Positions 13,700-26,200 of a stretch of DNA of 64,000 nt are shown piece after piece. This DNA is from Dimorphilus gyrociliatus (Eukaryota > Animalia > Annelida). Location: the NCBI GenBank assembly GCA_904063045.1, contig CAJFCJ010000026.1, positions 536,964 to 600,963 on the forward strand. The letters run 5' to 3'. The number at the start of each line of letters is the position of its first letter. Position 1 is the stretch's first letter. Made by a program: the position numbers and the translations under genes. Under the pieces are notes generated by a model. That model made no database searches and was not told the origin of the DNA. It worked only from the letters and a program-made list of their open reading frames with translations.

Positions 13700-14960
13700 A
13701 TCGTCAGCTACGAAGTTTACTGGACAATGATTCATTTGTTTCTCTTTAGAAGAGATTGTAAGATGCTTTGTTTTCCAAGTTTGATGTCAATAACATTGTT
13801 TTAATGAGACCTATGACTCCCGTCTTGTGTATGCAATATGGTGAATAGCGCGATCGTAGACAGGCAATTACTAGGATGTATACTTTATCATCTGGAATGT
13901 TCCTATATACAGGTCCAGTAACGTCTATGGCGCAATCTTGGAACGGGCTGGTAAATTCCCCGGACTTTCGTTGTCTGCTTCAATTTATCGGACCTTCCAA
14001 GTGTTAAATAGATGCCATCTTCATTTGTTTGACCAGAGGACCTTTATAGTGGCTTTAATAGGTTTGAGTTGTAGAGATGAATGGTGACTAATCTTTAGCT
14101 GCGAGTACTTGATGTAGCCGCAGTGTAAGGTTTTCTAATTCTTCTTCATTGTTTCCAACTAAGATAAGGTCGTCCATATAGAAGGATATGTGATCTTTTC
14201 TTACGGTGACAATATCGATACCAAGCAAGAGGGTAAAGTTATCACGTCTAAACAGAATTCTGTAGAGGACCATGATGAGTAGTGCATTAGTGCAGACCAC
14301 TTCGTAAACAGTTAGAATCGATTGAGGATTTGGTCCAGTCGCCTTTTATCCTCTGATTTCGTATGAATATATGAAGGACAGTAGGCTAAGCATAGATTAT
14401 TGGCTGAACATAGACAATTCGAATTTTTATCCAATGATGGGTTCAGGGGTGCGGTAGTTTTTGGTTCATTAATTTTACTGGATGGTATAGTTTGTGGACT
14501 TCTAACTTTAACCTTGCTCTCTCAATTTGGAGGTTCATCTTCCGTTGCATATCGACATTTGGGAGGCATTTGATTTATAGCATCTTTTCTCAGTATGCTA
14601 ATTCTAGAGTTGGAATTGTAATGAGGAACCTTCGTAATTTCGGCCGGCATTTGAATAAAACGTTCCGTCATTTTCTTGATTCTAACGAATTAGAAATTTT
14701 CGAACGTTGCACAATGTTGTTCTTCAACTGTTAAAGAATTTTCTGGCTCTTGTATTTGAATGTGGATTGATAACTTACATGATTCTTTAGTCGAATTTGT
14801 TAAATGATACGTTCCATTTTGCGCCGTCAATCTCTCCTCCATCACAGTGTTCTCAGTTCTGTTCTGAGCATTCATATACATGAATTTTTCTTCGAATCCT
14901 TTTCTATTCACCTCCAGTTTCTCATCAAGTGCTGATGAGTCGACCATATTGGCCAGTTGG
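13700..14960 (-). mobile_element. Internally deleted BEL/Pao relic (gag-like, RT YMDD, integrase fragment), left arm
   Basis: SFYMDDLILVGNN (same as 50903-51169 ORF), EDGIYLTLGR and PFQDCAIDVTGP (integrase first Asp). Confidence 0.85.
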
Positions 14961-17349
14961 GTAATAATCTCGATAATAATTGAAAATAAATGTGGTAAGG
15001 ATGAATAACGTAGAAAGAGTGAAAGATGTTGTCTTAACTAACGTTCAAATAATATTTTTTCCCGAATTTCATATACAAAATAGTCCCGTGATTGCTGTTT
15101 ATCTAAAGATTATTCCGATCTTTACGATCCTGTAAAAAACGATATTTAATTGTTGCTTTGTGTAAACAGTAAGTGACCAAAATTTCGTCCCAATAAACAA
15201 ACTGTTTTTATAGATTTGTGTTCAACTAATAACCGTAGACGACGACGATCACCGGACATGTTTAACTGAGAGGAAAAAGAAGGACAACTATCAGACAAGG
15301 AAAGGACTAATACACTTACCACTCTTACATCTACTCACACCATTACAAACAACATTGACATGGCAACGAATAGGAACAAATGCTGATTAAATCGCTAAAA
15401 GTACAGTGTCGATCAGCAATGTAGTAAATAGTAACCGTGGAAAGCCTCACAATCAAAAAAGACCCTCATCAGTACTTCATTCCGATAATGTCCACACATT
15501 TGACAAAGAATTCGGGACGGGTGCTTTAACACAGAAAGGATTTTATTTTCAGAATAAATACTAATATTGAACATCTTCCTAAGGTTTTATCACTTCAAAC
15601 AATGGCCGACCATGTTACACAATCAAGCATTGTGTTTTTATAAAAGAGACGCTATTCAAGTGGGTCTGTGAATTAAAGATAAATTACATTGTGTAATAGA
15701 TTAAAAAGGAATGGTTCCTCTCTCTTATTTGTCGAAAAAGCTAGAATGTGTTTTTTTCCTTTCTGATATTAAATTATCCTTTGGTGTAGATAGGAAGTGA
15801 TACAAATTTCTATTTTAATGTTTTACGTATGAAACTTACAAAAATTGATATTCGACAACGATGATTAGGATTTCATCTCACAATTTGAACGATAAGTTCG
15901 TCGTGTTTTTCATTCTTTTTTACTGATTCTTAGAATTGTTGGTATGCAGTATACTAGAAGAATAGAAAAAAAACTCTACTCACTGCTAACTCGTAAGTGA
16001 AACGAAAAACTCTTTGAATGCGTCGAAGATATTCGGCACTTGTTGATACCATCGTCTTCTGGTCAAACATCAGTTGTAATTAATTGCCATTCATTCGTCC
16101 TATAATTATAATCGATAAACTAATTAGAAGATCTGTTAATCATTACGTCTTTGAACAGATCAAACAGTAGCAACTTTTGTATTTAATCGATTTAATTGAT
16201 TAATGTCGAATGTTTCGATAAAATACATATAGCCATGGGTACATAACACTTTGTTATAACAAAGTAAGCGTTTCATCCAACTTTCTTTACAGTATAAACT
16301 TTCAATCAAAAGATTTCAAATATTTCTTATTATCGATAAGAATATTTTAACGGAAAGTCATGGTTTATTGTTAGGATTAATGATTACAGTTTTGTCATTT
16401 TTTCATATAAAGTATTCAATTTTTAATGAAAATGACGTCATTCTTTCATTGTTTCCTACTAAATTTACATGACGATTGAGTTGAAACGGTTATACCTAAC
16501 TTTCTCGGTGTTCGGTGTTCAAGATGATTCAGTTTTAGATTTTATCTTTATCGTTTCTATATTTGCATGAACAAGCGTTATTTTTAATCGATGATAATCA
16601 GACTTCGGTTAATCTTTCAGTTTTATTCTCCAAATGTCGTTTTTTCTTTATTTATACACATGTTACTTTTCTCTTTCTTTTCATTTTTCAGGAAAAACTT
16701 CCTATCTCTTATAACGTCTTTTTTTCTCGAATCTTTCTATTTCTTCATTCCTTTCAGGCGTTCTCTACTTTCGAATGTTCTATTCCACGATTGTTTCTTA
16801 TTTTGAGTGACGTCATTTCCGGCTTTTCCCAAATTTACTTTAAAATATTTTACATGTATAAATATATACTAATATATACTAAAATCACTTTTTTTCCAAA
16901 ATATTTATCCCACGATTTATATAAAAAATTTCACTTTTATCAAACAAAGAGATACTCTGTTAGTTTTCGATGTGTCAGAAGAGAAATTTGTGAATTTGTT
17001 CATTCGGTGAATTACATGGAAATCCATGACGTCACTTCCGGTGAAAGTGAACGCAACAAAGTTGCACCGTAAAAAACATGACCAACTTTAAGCGAGACAT
17101 GTTCTTTTTGCCGAATTATTTATCGGCTTTTATTTTCAGTTAAAAAAAGGTGCAACATGCAATTTTAGGCCATGTTGCATTTCCTAAGTTACCAAAATGA
17201 GTGTCAAGTGGGATTGGTGAAGTGTTTGGAGTGAAGAGAATCATGTTAATCATTTCAAATGAAATGAAAATTGAAATTTTCCGTCTTTTGATTTTTGCGA
17301 GATCTTTGAAAAAACTGCGTAATTATTAACCCAGTTTTGACATTAATCT

Positions 17350-17780
17350 CATTACATTACTCATGTTTCGTGCCAAAAATAATATCTGTAATGTAATTGA
17401 ATGAAATGGCTATGTTTTCTATATCCTGTTGGAAATTGATATACAAACAGTATCTCAGTATGTAGAAGGCAATTCTACAATGCAATTTCCGCCATTTACA
17501 TATCAAGCATTAGCCTGAGATATTTTTTTCTAGGTCATATATTTGAAATTAAATCTATACATCTCTTCCCAGAGTATCCAAGAGACTTGAAGGATCATCC
17601 ATGAATTTGTGATAGTGGATATATTTTGGATACAGCTCTCCACAGACTCATCTCAAGGTCAATTGTTATCTTCTCAGGCTGTGACATGCCAGTCAGGTTT
17701 TCCATCATACCTTCATTTGCATCTACAATCACATCCTCATTTAAATTCTCATCCATTTCATTTCCATTCATAGTTTTCTA
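17350..17780 (-). pseudogene. MULE (Mutator-like) transposase fragment
   Basis: QPEKITIDLEMSLWRAVSKIYPLSQIHG*SF (~17590-17680) fits the MULE pattern P..i..DFE.a...Av...fP...i.GC.FH. It has an in-frame stop and no long ORF. Confidence 0.65.
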
Positions 17781-17849
17781 TATCATGATCTTGAAAAATA
17801 GCTTGACTGTCAAATGTTTGTAAGGCGTTCCGGTTTTTACGGATCGTAG

Positions 17850-19166
17850 AATGGTGAAAATTCAAAATTTGAAAAGGGTTCAACGTTCAACATTGCGTAT
17901 AGAAGAATCAACGATCCCTGATATATGATTTCCGTATTTGTTAAGAAAATGATGATTATTAGACAAAAAGAAAATTGTCCATTTACGGATGGACCCAGTC
18001 CGTTAAGGGTCAAGTTGAATGAGGGTAGAGAGGCAATCGACACCGAAGAATCATCGAAGCGCTTGAGAAAGTGGATGAGAGATCCTACCAATACGGGTGG
18101 AGAAGATTGGATGGATTGGGATCATACGTTTCTATGGACGAAGAAAGACCTATACAGCGATTCCACCTATAGTGTAATTGGAGCTACTCAAGTTGCAGAC
18201 ATCTGTACTCTTTATGGTTCATCCGTTAATGAATATATTGGTGTGAGCTCTTGGAAAGTCGCTGCCCACGAACTGGCACACAATCTTGGATCCTATCACG
18301 ATGGATCAAGATCCAGCGCAGCGTGTTCACCAGAAGCCAAAAATATAATGTCACCCTATTTCGGCAATCTTGAAATTGCTAAGATCAGACATTCTTTTGT
18401 GTTTAGTCAATGCTCAATTGACGCTATCTACAAAACCATTAATGGACAAACTAGCAACGGATTCCCCAGAATTTGCGTTATGAATAAAATATGCGGAAAT
18501 GACGCATTCAATCAGGACGAAATCACACAGGACAATCAAGCTCCGGGCGCTATTTATTCGTTGGAAGAACAATGCGTATTGATGTTCGGCAACGGAGCCG
18601 CTCCTAGTTACAGATGCCCAAACGAAAGAGATAATGTTTGTCAACGTCTTGTTTGTAAACTAGGAGACTATTGCTATTTTCAAGATCCGGGAGCGCAGGA
18701 CGGAAGTCCTTGCGCCAAGGATAAAGTGTGTATTAAGGGTAAATGCGTCCATTCGTCCCAGTTAAGTTTCCGTAGAAAGAAGAACAATAATTCCGATTGT
18801 ACGCCGGGAGTGACTATGAAAAGAACTGTGTTGTATCAATGAGGGCGTGAGAATTTATGCCTATGTCGAGAATATATTACCTACTATCCGCATAGGTGTT
18901 TTAACAAAGCCAAAAAAAGATGCTGTAAAAAATTTAACGAAATGGGTTTGACTTGGGCCAACGTTCAAACGGTCAACTCCACTTCCGCTTGCGATCCGAA
19001 TCCTTGCAAGAACAGCGGCGTATGCCATCAATACAGTAGTTCCGCTTACGTGTGCGAATGGGAAGTGGAGGAAAGAATTGCGATAAAGCTGAAGGTGACT
19101 GATATAGTAAGTTGCAGTGGTGACGGAGCATCCAAAGTATGGAGCTCAATTTTGCGGCAGATTTAA
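17850..19166 (+). pseudogene. Intronless ADAMTS-like (M12B reprolysin) metalloprotease with Cys-rich, PLAC/ShK-like and EGF-like modules; disrupted and 5'-truncated
   Basis: ORF 17925-18842 has the zinc motif AAHELAHNLGSYHDG, Met-turn NIMSPY and ADAMTS Cys-rich PGAIYSLEEQC...DGSPCAKDKVCIKGKC. The same frame resumes past TGA 18840 with CREYITYYPHRC...RCCK and CDPNPCKNSGVC...YVC. There is another in-frame TGA at 17919 and no signal peptide or prodomain upstream. Confidence 0.8.
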
Positions 19167-19599
19167 TTAAGATTGTTGTCACTCCTGTAAAAGATGTGTT
19201 TGTTTTAGCTCAAGCGAATAAATATGCTTTAAATATATTTTAAAATATTTCCTCCCTCATTAGGCGCATACGCACTGCAAAAAAAATTCGTTACGGTTAG
19301 GGTCATGGTCCATTGGGAGGACGATAAAAGTTGATTGATTGTCGTAAGACTACAAAAATTTCTTTTCAATTGAAGTTTTTCGCAATGATAATGCACACCA
19401 TCCTCCATAGATTTTTTTTAATTCCAAAGTCTTCTGGCATCTCTTCCTCAGCCAAATTTTATTCAACCTTTTATATGTTTTAGTAATACCCCTTCTTTCT
19501 ATAGAACAAAGAAACGTTCCATTAAGAGAACGTTTTTCAAAAAGTCTTTAACTAATTTGTTTTTTTTTTTGAAATAGACAAACCTCTTATGTTTATTTT

Positions 19600-22050
19600 C
19601 CAATGAAATAAACAAAATTCAAACTACGGTAATGGTACTCTGATTTAGTGTTAAATTGTTGAAAATCATAAAAATTCGAAACCAAAAAAAAGATCTACAC
19701 GAAAACAGGATGTAGTAAATAGCAAAAAAAAATGTCACTGTCATTTCAAATTGTTCGATTTTTAGAGCATTTTATTCGAATCGTTTATTAACAACACTAA
19801 TGAACATTAAAGAATGAGAAGGATATGATAGATAAAACATGGCTACTGAAAATCTATCGATCCCAAAAACATTTATATATATATTTCGTATTGCGACATT
19901 TTAGGGTTATTCGTTAAAAAGCCCAATTGTTAACTATTAAAGTTAAAGGTTATACATGAGATTCAATGCTTCCCTTTTCCTTTTTTCTTCTTATTCTTCC
20001 TTCTTTAAAATGGACGAGAAGATAATTGAAAAATCTTATTTTCAATGCCTGCAAGCTTTGCTCATTTGACCAATATTTCATAATTTTACAAAGTTTCCTT
20101 TTTCCGCTATTAAAAGCGTTTCTTTCCTTCTCCTTTTCTCCTCTTTCAATATCACGATCTTTGAGAAAATTCGGAAAATCAATAAGAAAAACGATTAATT
20201 GATTGATTGATTAATAAACTATTCAGTTTTTTCTTCTTCATTCTTTAGAATGATGACACAATTATCTGAAAAAATTACCAACAAATTATAAACTTTGCGC
20301 TAGAAATAAACAGCATGACTAAACAAACCTATTATCGTTCATCGGTTGTCATAGTTCGCATCGAAACGTTTCTTTTGTGCAAGTCTTTCGTAGACAATTC
20401 TTTCCATACTGTAGTTACAAACTGTTGTATGTTAAAAAGGACTTGAAAATATCAACGTTTATCCCCAAAAAAAAAGTCATTTTCTTTAACGGCAAGGTTT
20501 CTTAATGTCGGCGGTCAAAGAGGCGGATGTACGTCATAATCACGTGCAGACATCCATATGTCAAGGTCATTCCGTCTAAAATTCGAATATTAAAAACTTA
20601 TTAAACTGGCCAATAAACAGCAAATTTCCCATCTTTTGCATGTATTGCGTTCAAAGATATATTATCCTTCTTTAAATAGAAAAACAATGTAAAAAGGTTT
20701 ATTTTTTCAAGAGATTATTTTTGTGGTTGAAAATAATTGATATTTCTCATTTAAATGTATTAACGTTATTTCAATTCTATCGATCTTTTCACTAATAAAT
20801 CTTTGTCTAAAAATATTTTCTTAATAACTAAACAATTAATGCTTTTCTTTCGTTTTTCATATTAAAAAAAGGGGTTTGAAAATTGGAGTCGAAAAAAATA
20901 ATTTCGTTGAAAATGCGTCGAGTTATTTACCGGTGAAAATTTTCATTACTTATATTCTCAATCAATCAGTCTATGATTTTCTTTGAACATATCAAATGAG
21001 AAGAATCAATGTTATCGTCAACGTATCTATCTTTTCACTTATGAAAGAATAAAGAGTTTTAAAAAGAAAGAAGCATATTCTACATCAAGATTTCAATATT
21101 GTTTAATGAATTTCCTCGATCTCCTTAGGAGTGATGTTTATCTATGATTCCTTTTTTTCTCACGTATTGAAGAGTGTTGTTTATAACGTATTTCTTATGG
21201 AAAAATGCGAATGTAGAAAAAAATAAACTCGAATAAAATGATTGCGTTGAAAAAAATAAAACACAATATTTAGCGCCATCTGGAAGATAAAAACTTTTTG
21301 ATCGTGTACTTAGTGGATTGACTATTAATTTTTACTTTTTTTCAACAAAATAAATTTTCGTCTCGAGTAAATAAAATATAGAGATAAAAAAAGAAAAACT
21401 TGAAATTTTGTGGATGAATGACAACGACATCTGCAGTAGTATTTTTCGCGGTCATTTTCAAATAGCAGAAAAAGCATAAACAATAGTTTACAGCGTCTCA
21501 TTTCCTTGTGGATTTTAGTATTAATTTAGTAAAAATTAGAAAATTCAGTCTATCGATTTCGACTGTCATTGAAAACAATTAATACAACTTTCCTTTGCTG
21601 TTGTCTTCGTTCAAATAAATGATTTTTTCATCAAATTACTACTTTTTCCTGCCTCAGTCCACTAATCTGTAATAAATTTCCTCCATCTTTTTAGAAGTGA
21701 TACTTATCTACGAGTTCTTTTTTATTACATATTGAAGAGTGTTGTTTATAACGTATTTCGCATAGAAAATGAGGAATTTGTTGAAAAATGGACTCGAATA
21801 AAATGATTGCGTTGAAAAACATAGTAGACAATATTTAGCGCCATCTGCAGAGTGAAAATATTTGTGATTAATTTCTCAATCGATTTATCGATAAATTACT
21901 GATAATTTTTGCTTAATATCAATATAATAGACTTTCTTGCGTAGGTAAATGTACTATTGAGGTGAAAAACGAAGAGATTGAAATTCCGTATGAATGACGA
22001 CGACGACATCTGCAGTTGTTGTTTTCGCGGTCGTTTTTAAACACTGAATT
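19600..22050 (+). repeat. Direct segmental duplication, copy B
   Basis: Near-identical to 4935-7600, with scattered SNPs and one larger indel near the start. Confidence 0.95.
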
Positions 22051-22199
22051 GTACCCTAGATTTTCTTCATCTTTGGATTAAAAGTTAAAAAAATAGGCCA
22101 ATAAGTGCTGATTATCAAACATTGATACATGAGATTTTGTTAGATGTAAAGGCGGTGGTACGAACGTATAAATGCATAAATACATAAAAGTGGATCCAT

Positions 22200-23330
22200 C
22201 CATCCATCTTCTCGGCACTACGATCCACGAAACTGGGGAACGAACACCTCGCGTTGGCTGTACTTAAGACGACCACACATGACCACCATTAAGGAAATGA
22301 GTAGTGTGAGCGGTCCAGTAAAAGGCCACGAATAGCATCTGAAAGTTACATACAGTAGATATATATATACACGTGTTGTTGTCTAAGTTTGTATTAATCC
22401 TCCCACCATTTCCATCTCTTATGGAGGATTTTGGACAGTTCCGTATACCTGAACATAGAGATGATGTAGGGAATATATGTACAGCGCATGAACGAAGGCA
22501 GATAATGACAAGGAGACATACTTTGTCCAGAGTACAGTCTTGAAAAGGACTAATGCGGATGTTGTTGTCTTTGAGCGGTAGTTTCAGCAATGGTGTTCAT
22601 AATGCGAGAGTTGTCGACTTCGGTATCCAATGATAAACGATGGAAAATCAATATTTTAATTTGTAATGTGCTTGGTTCTGTGAATCCGAATATATCAAAG
22701 TAGCAAGTGACGTTTCATGATTGGACGTTTGAGTTGCCAGGGAAAAAGTTCGACTTGATTAGCATCTGAATTGGGTTGGTAATTTGGGTTGATATTCTTG
22801 AAGCATCTACCCTAAATATGAGTAATTTTTAGCTGGCTTTTAAGTTCCCTACTGGGATAACGACGAACACATGCTTAATAATCGGCATTTTCTCGAAACA
22901 ATTCTTATCTAAAGCAGCACATATGTGGACAATAGGACCATCCATCATTTCGCTATGTGCTACCAAATCAACACCAGCCTCAGCCTAAGAAACAGCTTGA
23001 ACAGATAGTGTTACTAATGTACTATCATTATCCACACATCACCATCGGTAATGGTTTCACAATGCCCATAAGTTGTGTCCTCGCAATTGCAGATATCAGC
23101 AATATTTCCTTAATTGCACGAGTTGCCTTGTGAACAATACCATGCTCGTGAGCTGCTGCTGATCCATCTTCCATCATTTTAGATGCAAACTCTGCTGATT
23201 TAGCAACTGATTCTTCAACAGGTACTTCAATGCTTTCAACAATAAAATCACAAGATTTTAAATCGACTACAATGCCAATCATATTTAATCAGGGCATCAA
23301 TCCCTGCAGCAGAATTGACGTCAGCTTTAA
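22200..23330 (-). mobile_element. BEL/Pao pol relic (RT and integrase fragments)
   Basis: HEHGIVHKATRAIKEILLISA (RT PHH..KxRxVF-like); ORF 22264-22590 LPLKDNNIRISPFQDCTLD..VCLLVIICLRSCAVHI...FYWTAHTTHFLNGGHVW matches collapsed BEL integrase motifs. Confidence 0.7.
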
Positions 23331-23339
23331 GAGCTGCAA

Positions 23340-23430
23340 ACTTCAATTATTTAATATCGAGAGAGATGCAAGAGATATAATTCCCTATTCACCGAATGAG
23401 TCTCTTTCTGTACCTCTTTCCCCTCAGCCG
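23340..23430 (+). mobile_element. Short BEL/Pao pol 3'-end fragment in the opposite orientation
   Basis: NIERDARDIIPYSPNESLSVPLS; DNA similar to 51984-52055. Confidence 0.7.
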
Positions 23431-23469
23431 GTGTAGTCAATGAGTCCAAGTTCGTTCCTTGCAAGACTG

Positions 23470-24150
23470 ATAGATATATTAGTATTTTTAATGATAGCCT
23501 ACAATCGTAACTCATTCAACGACTACAATAATTAACCAAGCAAGCTTAGCTAATTCCTCAGCCACACAAACGCGTCGGGACATTCAAATGGGTCGGCAAC
23601 ATCTATCGAATCGATTCTTGTTCCATCAGGATTACGATGTCAGGGCTTAGTTGGGTGTTGGATTCCGGGACAGGAATTCTTAGCTCCTTGGGGCACAGTT
23701 AGTTTTAATCAATCTATCCTGTGTCTATTGCTGTGTCTGCTCTGTAGAGGCCGTATCCCGTACAGCAATTGTTCAAGACATGTGGTAAGGATTCCACTTG
23801 AAACTGGCAGCGACGGCAGCCCCGTCTGGTCTGGTTGTTGTTGAAGTGGAACTTGACGGCGTTTGCCTGAAGAATTCCTTCCTTGCTGGTCCGTAGCGAA
23901 TTCCCTAACTCTCAATTCGGCGATAGCCGATTGGAGTAGAGAAAAGGTTCCTGGTGTTGACAAATATTGATGGCCAACAGTTCCACTTCTCTACCATCCT
24001 CACCGACTTGCAATTCCTGCCAATTGTTATGAATTTCATGGCGAAACTGAGGCTGGTTTTGGTGCCACTCTTGTCCCACTTCGCCCATTTTGTTTGGACA
24101 TAGCTCATCTATGATGCCATTTATAGATCAATTTAAAGCAAAAGGATTAT
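23470..24150 (-). mobile_element. RLE-type non-LTR retrotransposon relic lacking RT
   Basis: Zinc knuckle RGCRRCQFQVESLPHVLNNC (~23760-23830), then LSPDIV..NPDGTRIDSIDVADPFE (restriction-like endonuclease). Upstream WHQNQPQFRHEIHNNWQE segment is shared with 56190-56280. Confidence 0.8.
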
Positions 24151-24520
24151 TTTTATAATCTATTCGTCATACATCAAAGAGTTTAACATTAGTTTCCATT
24201 TGTCTAATGTTAAACCTGAGGATATACACCCTCACACCATCACTCCTCCTCCACCAATAGGAAGCTTACCACTTGACATCTACTTGCCATCTTGACTCAT
24301 CCATAAAGATAATTGTATTATAATTAATTTGTCGCTGGATCTATCCACCTAATATGGTCAGTCTGTTCCTTTTAGCCCTTGCTGAAAGAGTACAAACTTT
24401 GGGAACAATTGGATAGCTTTTAAATCCTCTTCCAGTTCATCATAGGTCATCTGGCTTTTTTTTCCACCTTACTAGCTGTCTTATTTGTTTGTCGTATTTC
24501 ATATTGACTAATAAGTTTGA
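24150..24520 (-). pseudogene. Tc1/mariner transposase fragment
   Basis: LWDESRW followed by IGGGGVMV*GCISSG (DES and GGGSVMVWGC motifs), in broken frames. Confidence 0.65.
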
Positions 24521-24699
24521 AAGAATTGTCTTCTAAAACTAAATTGTTCGAAAGTCGAATGTTCTATATTTATTTAGACCAAAAACATGTTAGTATGGAT
24601 ATTTATGGCACACTTTAAATTAAAGAAAAACCCAATTTTTCGAAAAAGAAATTTCTTTTTTTTCATATATGGATATTTTCGTCGGGGGCTGTATATTAG

Positions 24700-26200
24700 C
24701 TTGTCGTTGAATAGATTGGAATCACCCTATAGCCATAGATTTTTTATCACGAAGAACTGTGGTGCAGTATTTGAAATTTCCTAAAGTTGTGGGAGGGTTG
24801 AGTATAGTTGGCTAATACTTCGAGAGTACCGTGTCGAAGTGATGAACATTACTGCTCGTTTCCACGTATGACATGCAATTTATCATATAGGGGGATAGGG
24901 TTCTTCGGCGGTTGGAGAGAGAGAGAGAGGTTCGGTACCAACCGAGTGGATACTTGATAAAGGTAAAACTATTGCGTCCAAGCATTTGTAGATAATTATT
25001 TGTGGAGAAATTTTACGGCTTATGACAGACATTGAGGCTCCAGTATCTATTAAGGCAATCATCTTGCGAATGGTAGATACCTGTTGATGGCACTTGTGCT
25101 TCTGTCTCGTAGATAAGCATTCTATCATTGTTGATGTCTGATTGATTGATGCTAACAGGAAGGGCTGGGCTGGCTGTTGTTGAATCTTTGTGATGGACGG
25201 ATGTATCGCGTGGTTTGCTTACATTTATCCCAATCAAATTTAGATGAACAATTTACGTTTGTATGATCGCTTCGTAGTCAGTTAGATCAACGCTCCAGCA
25301 ATTCAATTAGTCTTTTTTACCCTCGTGGTTAATATTGATAAATGAGGCTAAGACATAAGCTAGACATAGGTGGCTATCGGAGCATAATCATCTCGAATTT
25401 GTATTTGTTGGTAAGTTTGTTGTTGTATTCATATCTCTTGGGCCATTGTGTGAATCCGAAGGGTAACGTTGACCTGGATTGGTATGATAGTTTTTTTTGG
25501 CATATATTCTTCCGTGGAAGGTTTCGTTATTATTGTTTCTGAGACTATTGTAGGAGGAGCATAGGATTCGTTTTGTATACTATTTGTAATATTTGTGATT
25601 GATTGTTTTTCCAAATTCTTGCACAAGTATGTTAAAGTCAGAAGAGTGGTTAAAGTGAATATATCCGACTTCCTGTTGAATATTTAATGGTAACTTAGAG
25701 ATGAATTAGTTGAGTTTTATGATATTGAGGGTGACCTTTCTTTTCCTGTCTGTTCAAAGATATAAAAAGTGTTTTGAAATCAATCCAATCGGAGACACTG
25801 TTAGCTTTGTTGAGGATTCTTCCTGCGTGATGGTTAAGTATTGTAATTAAATCTTACGTCTTTAACTAGGTTCTCAAAGCTACTCTTGTTTGGCTTTTTA
25901 TTATTTAGTTTGCAATATTCACCAACATATTTCATTTCCGAAATCCAACGTTCGTCGACTGTTGGAGCTGTTTCTTGCATTTGAATAGAGATCGTTGAGT
26001 TATGTGGTTCGTTAGGAGTGTGTTGTTTGAGTCGGACTCATCATTTCGATAAAGCACTCTATCTTAGTAGTCATTTCTGCTTTTATCAAGTAATTAATTG
26101 GCTTCCAGTCAAATTCAAGAAATGCAACATTTTCCAACAGCCAAAGAACAAGATGGCGGAACTTGGAACATTCGAAAAATTTAAATTCTTCAAAACAAAC
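24700..26200 (-). mobile_element. BEL/Pao gag-protease relic
   Basis: ALIDTGASMSVISRKI (24883-25128 ORF). 24870-25315 is near-identical to parts of 11500-12155. GRILNKANSVSDWIDFKTL is homologous to GRILNKT...WVEFKKL at 49.4 kb. Confidence 0.75.

Larger units (their letters stand above)
10157..17315 (+). repeat. Left arm of a giant inverted repeat (outer end undefined because its partner leaves the window)
   Basis: Reverse complement of 56700-64000. Mirror coordinates sum to 74157 from 10167 to at least 15481 (identical mirrored ORFs, identical 28-nt AG tract), then ~74021 in the inner part after indels. Confidence 0.97.

Noticed and set aside
16563-17072. 169 aa hydrophobic ORF as a membrane protein
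   Set aside because: Phe/Ile/Leu richness follows from T-rich DNA, it has a non-ATG start, and the mirror copy (57012-57458) is frameshifted.
17919-18842. TGA recoding (selenocysteine, readthrough or alternative genetic code) in the ADAMTS-like, MULE and Tc1 frames
   Set aside because: The MADF-BESS and THAP genes end at TGA, the tag ORF uses TGG for Trp, and the same relics also contain frameshifts and other stops; ordinary nonsense mutation is enough.
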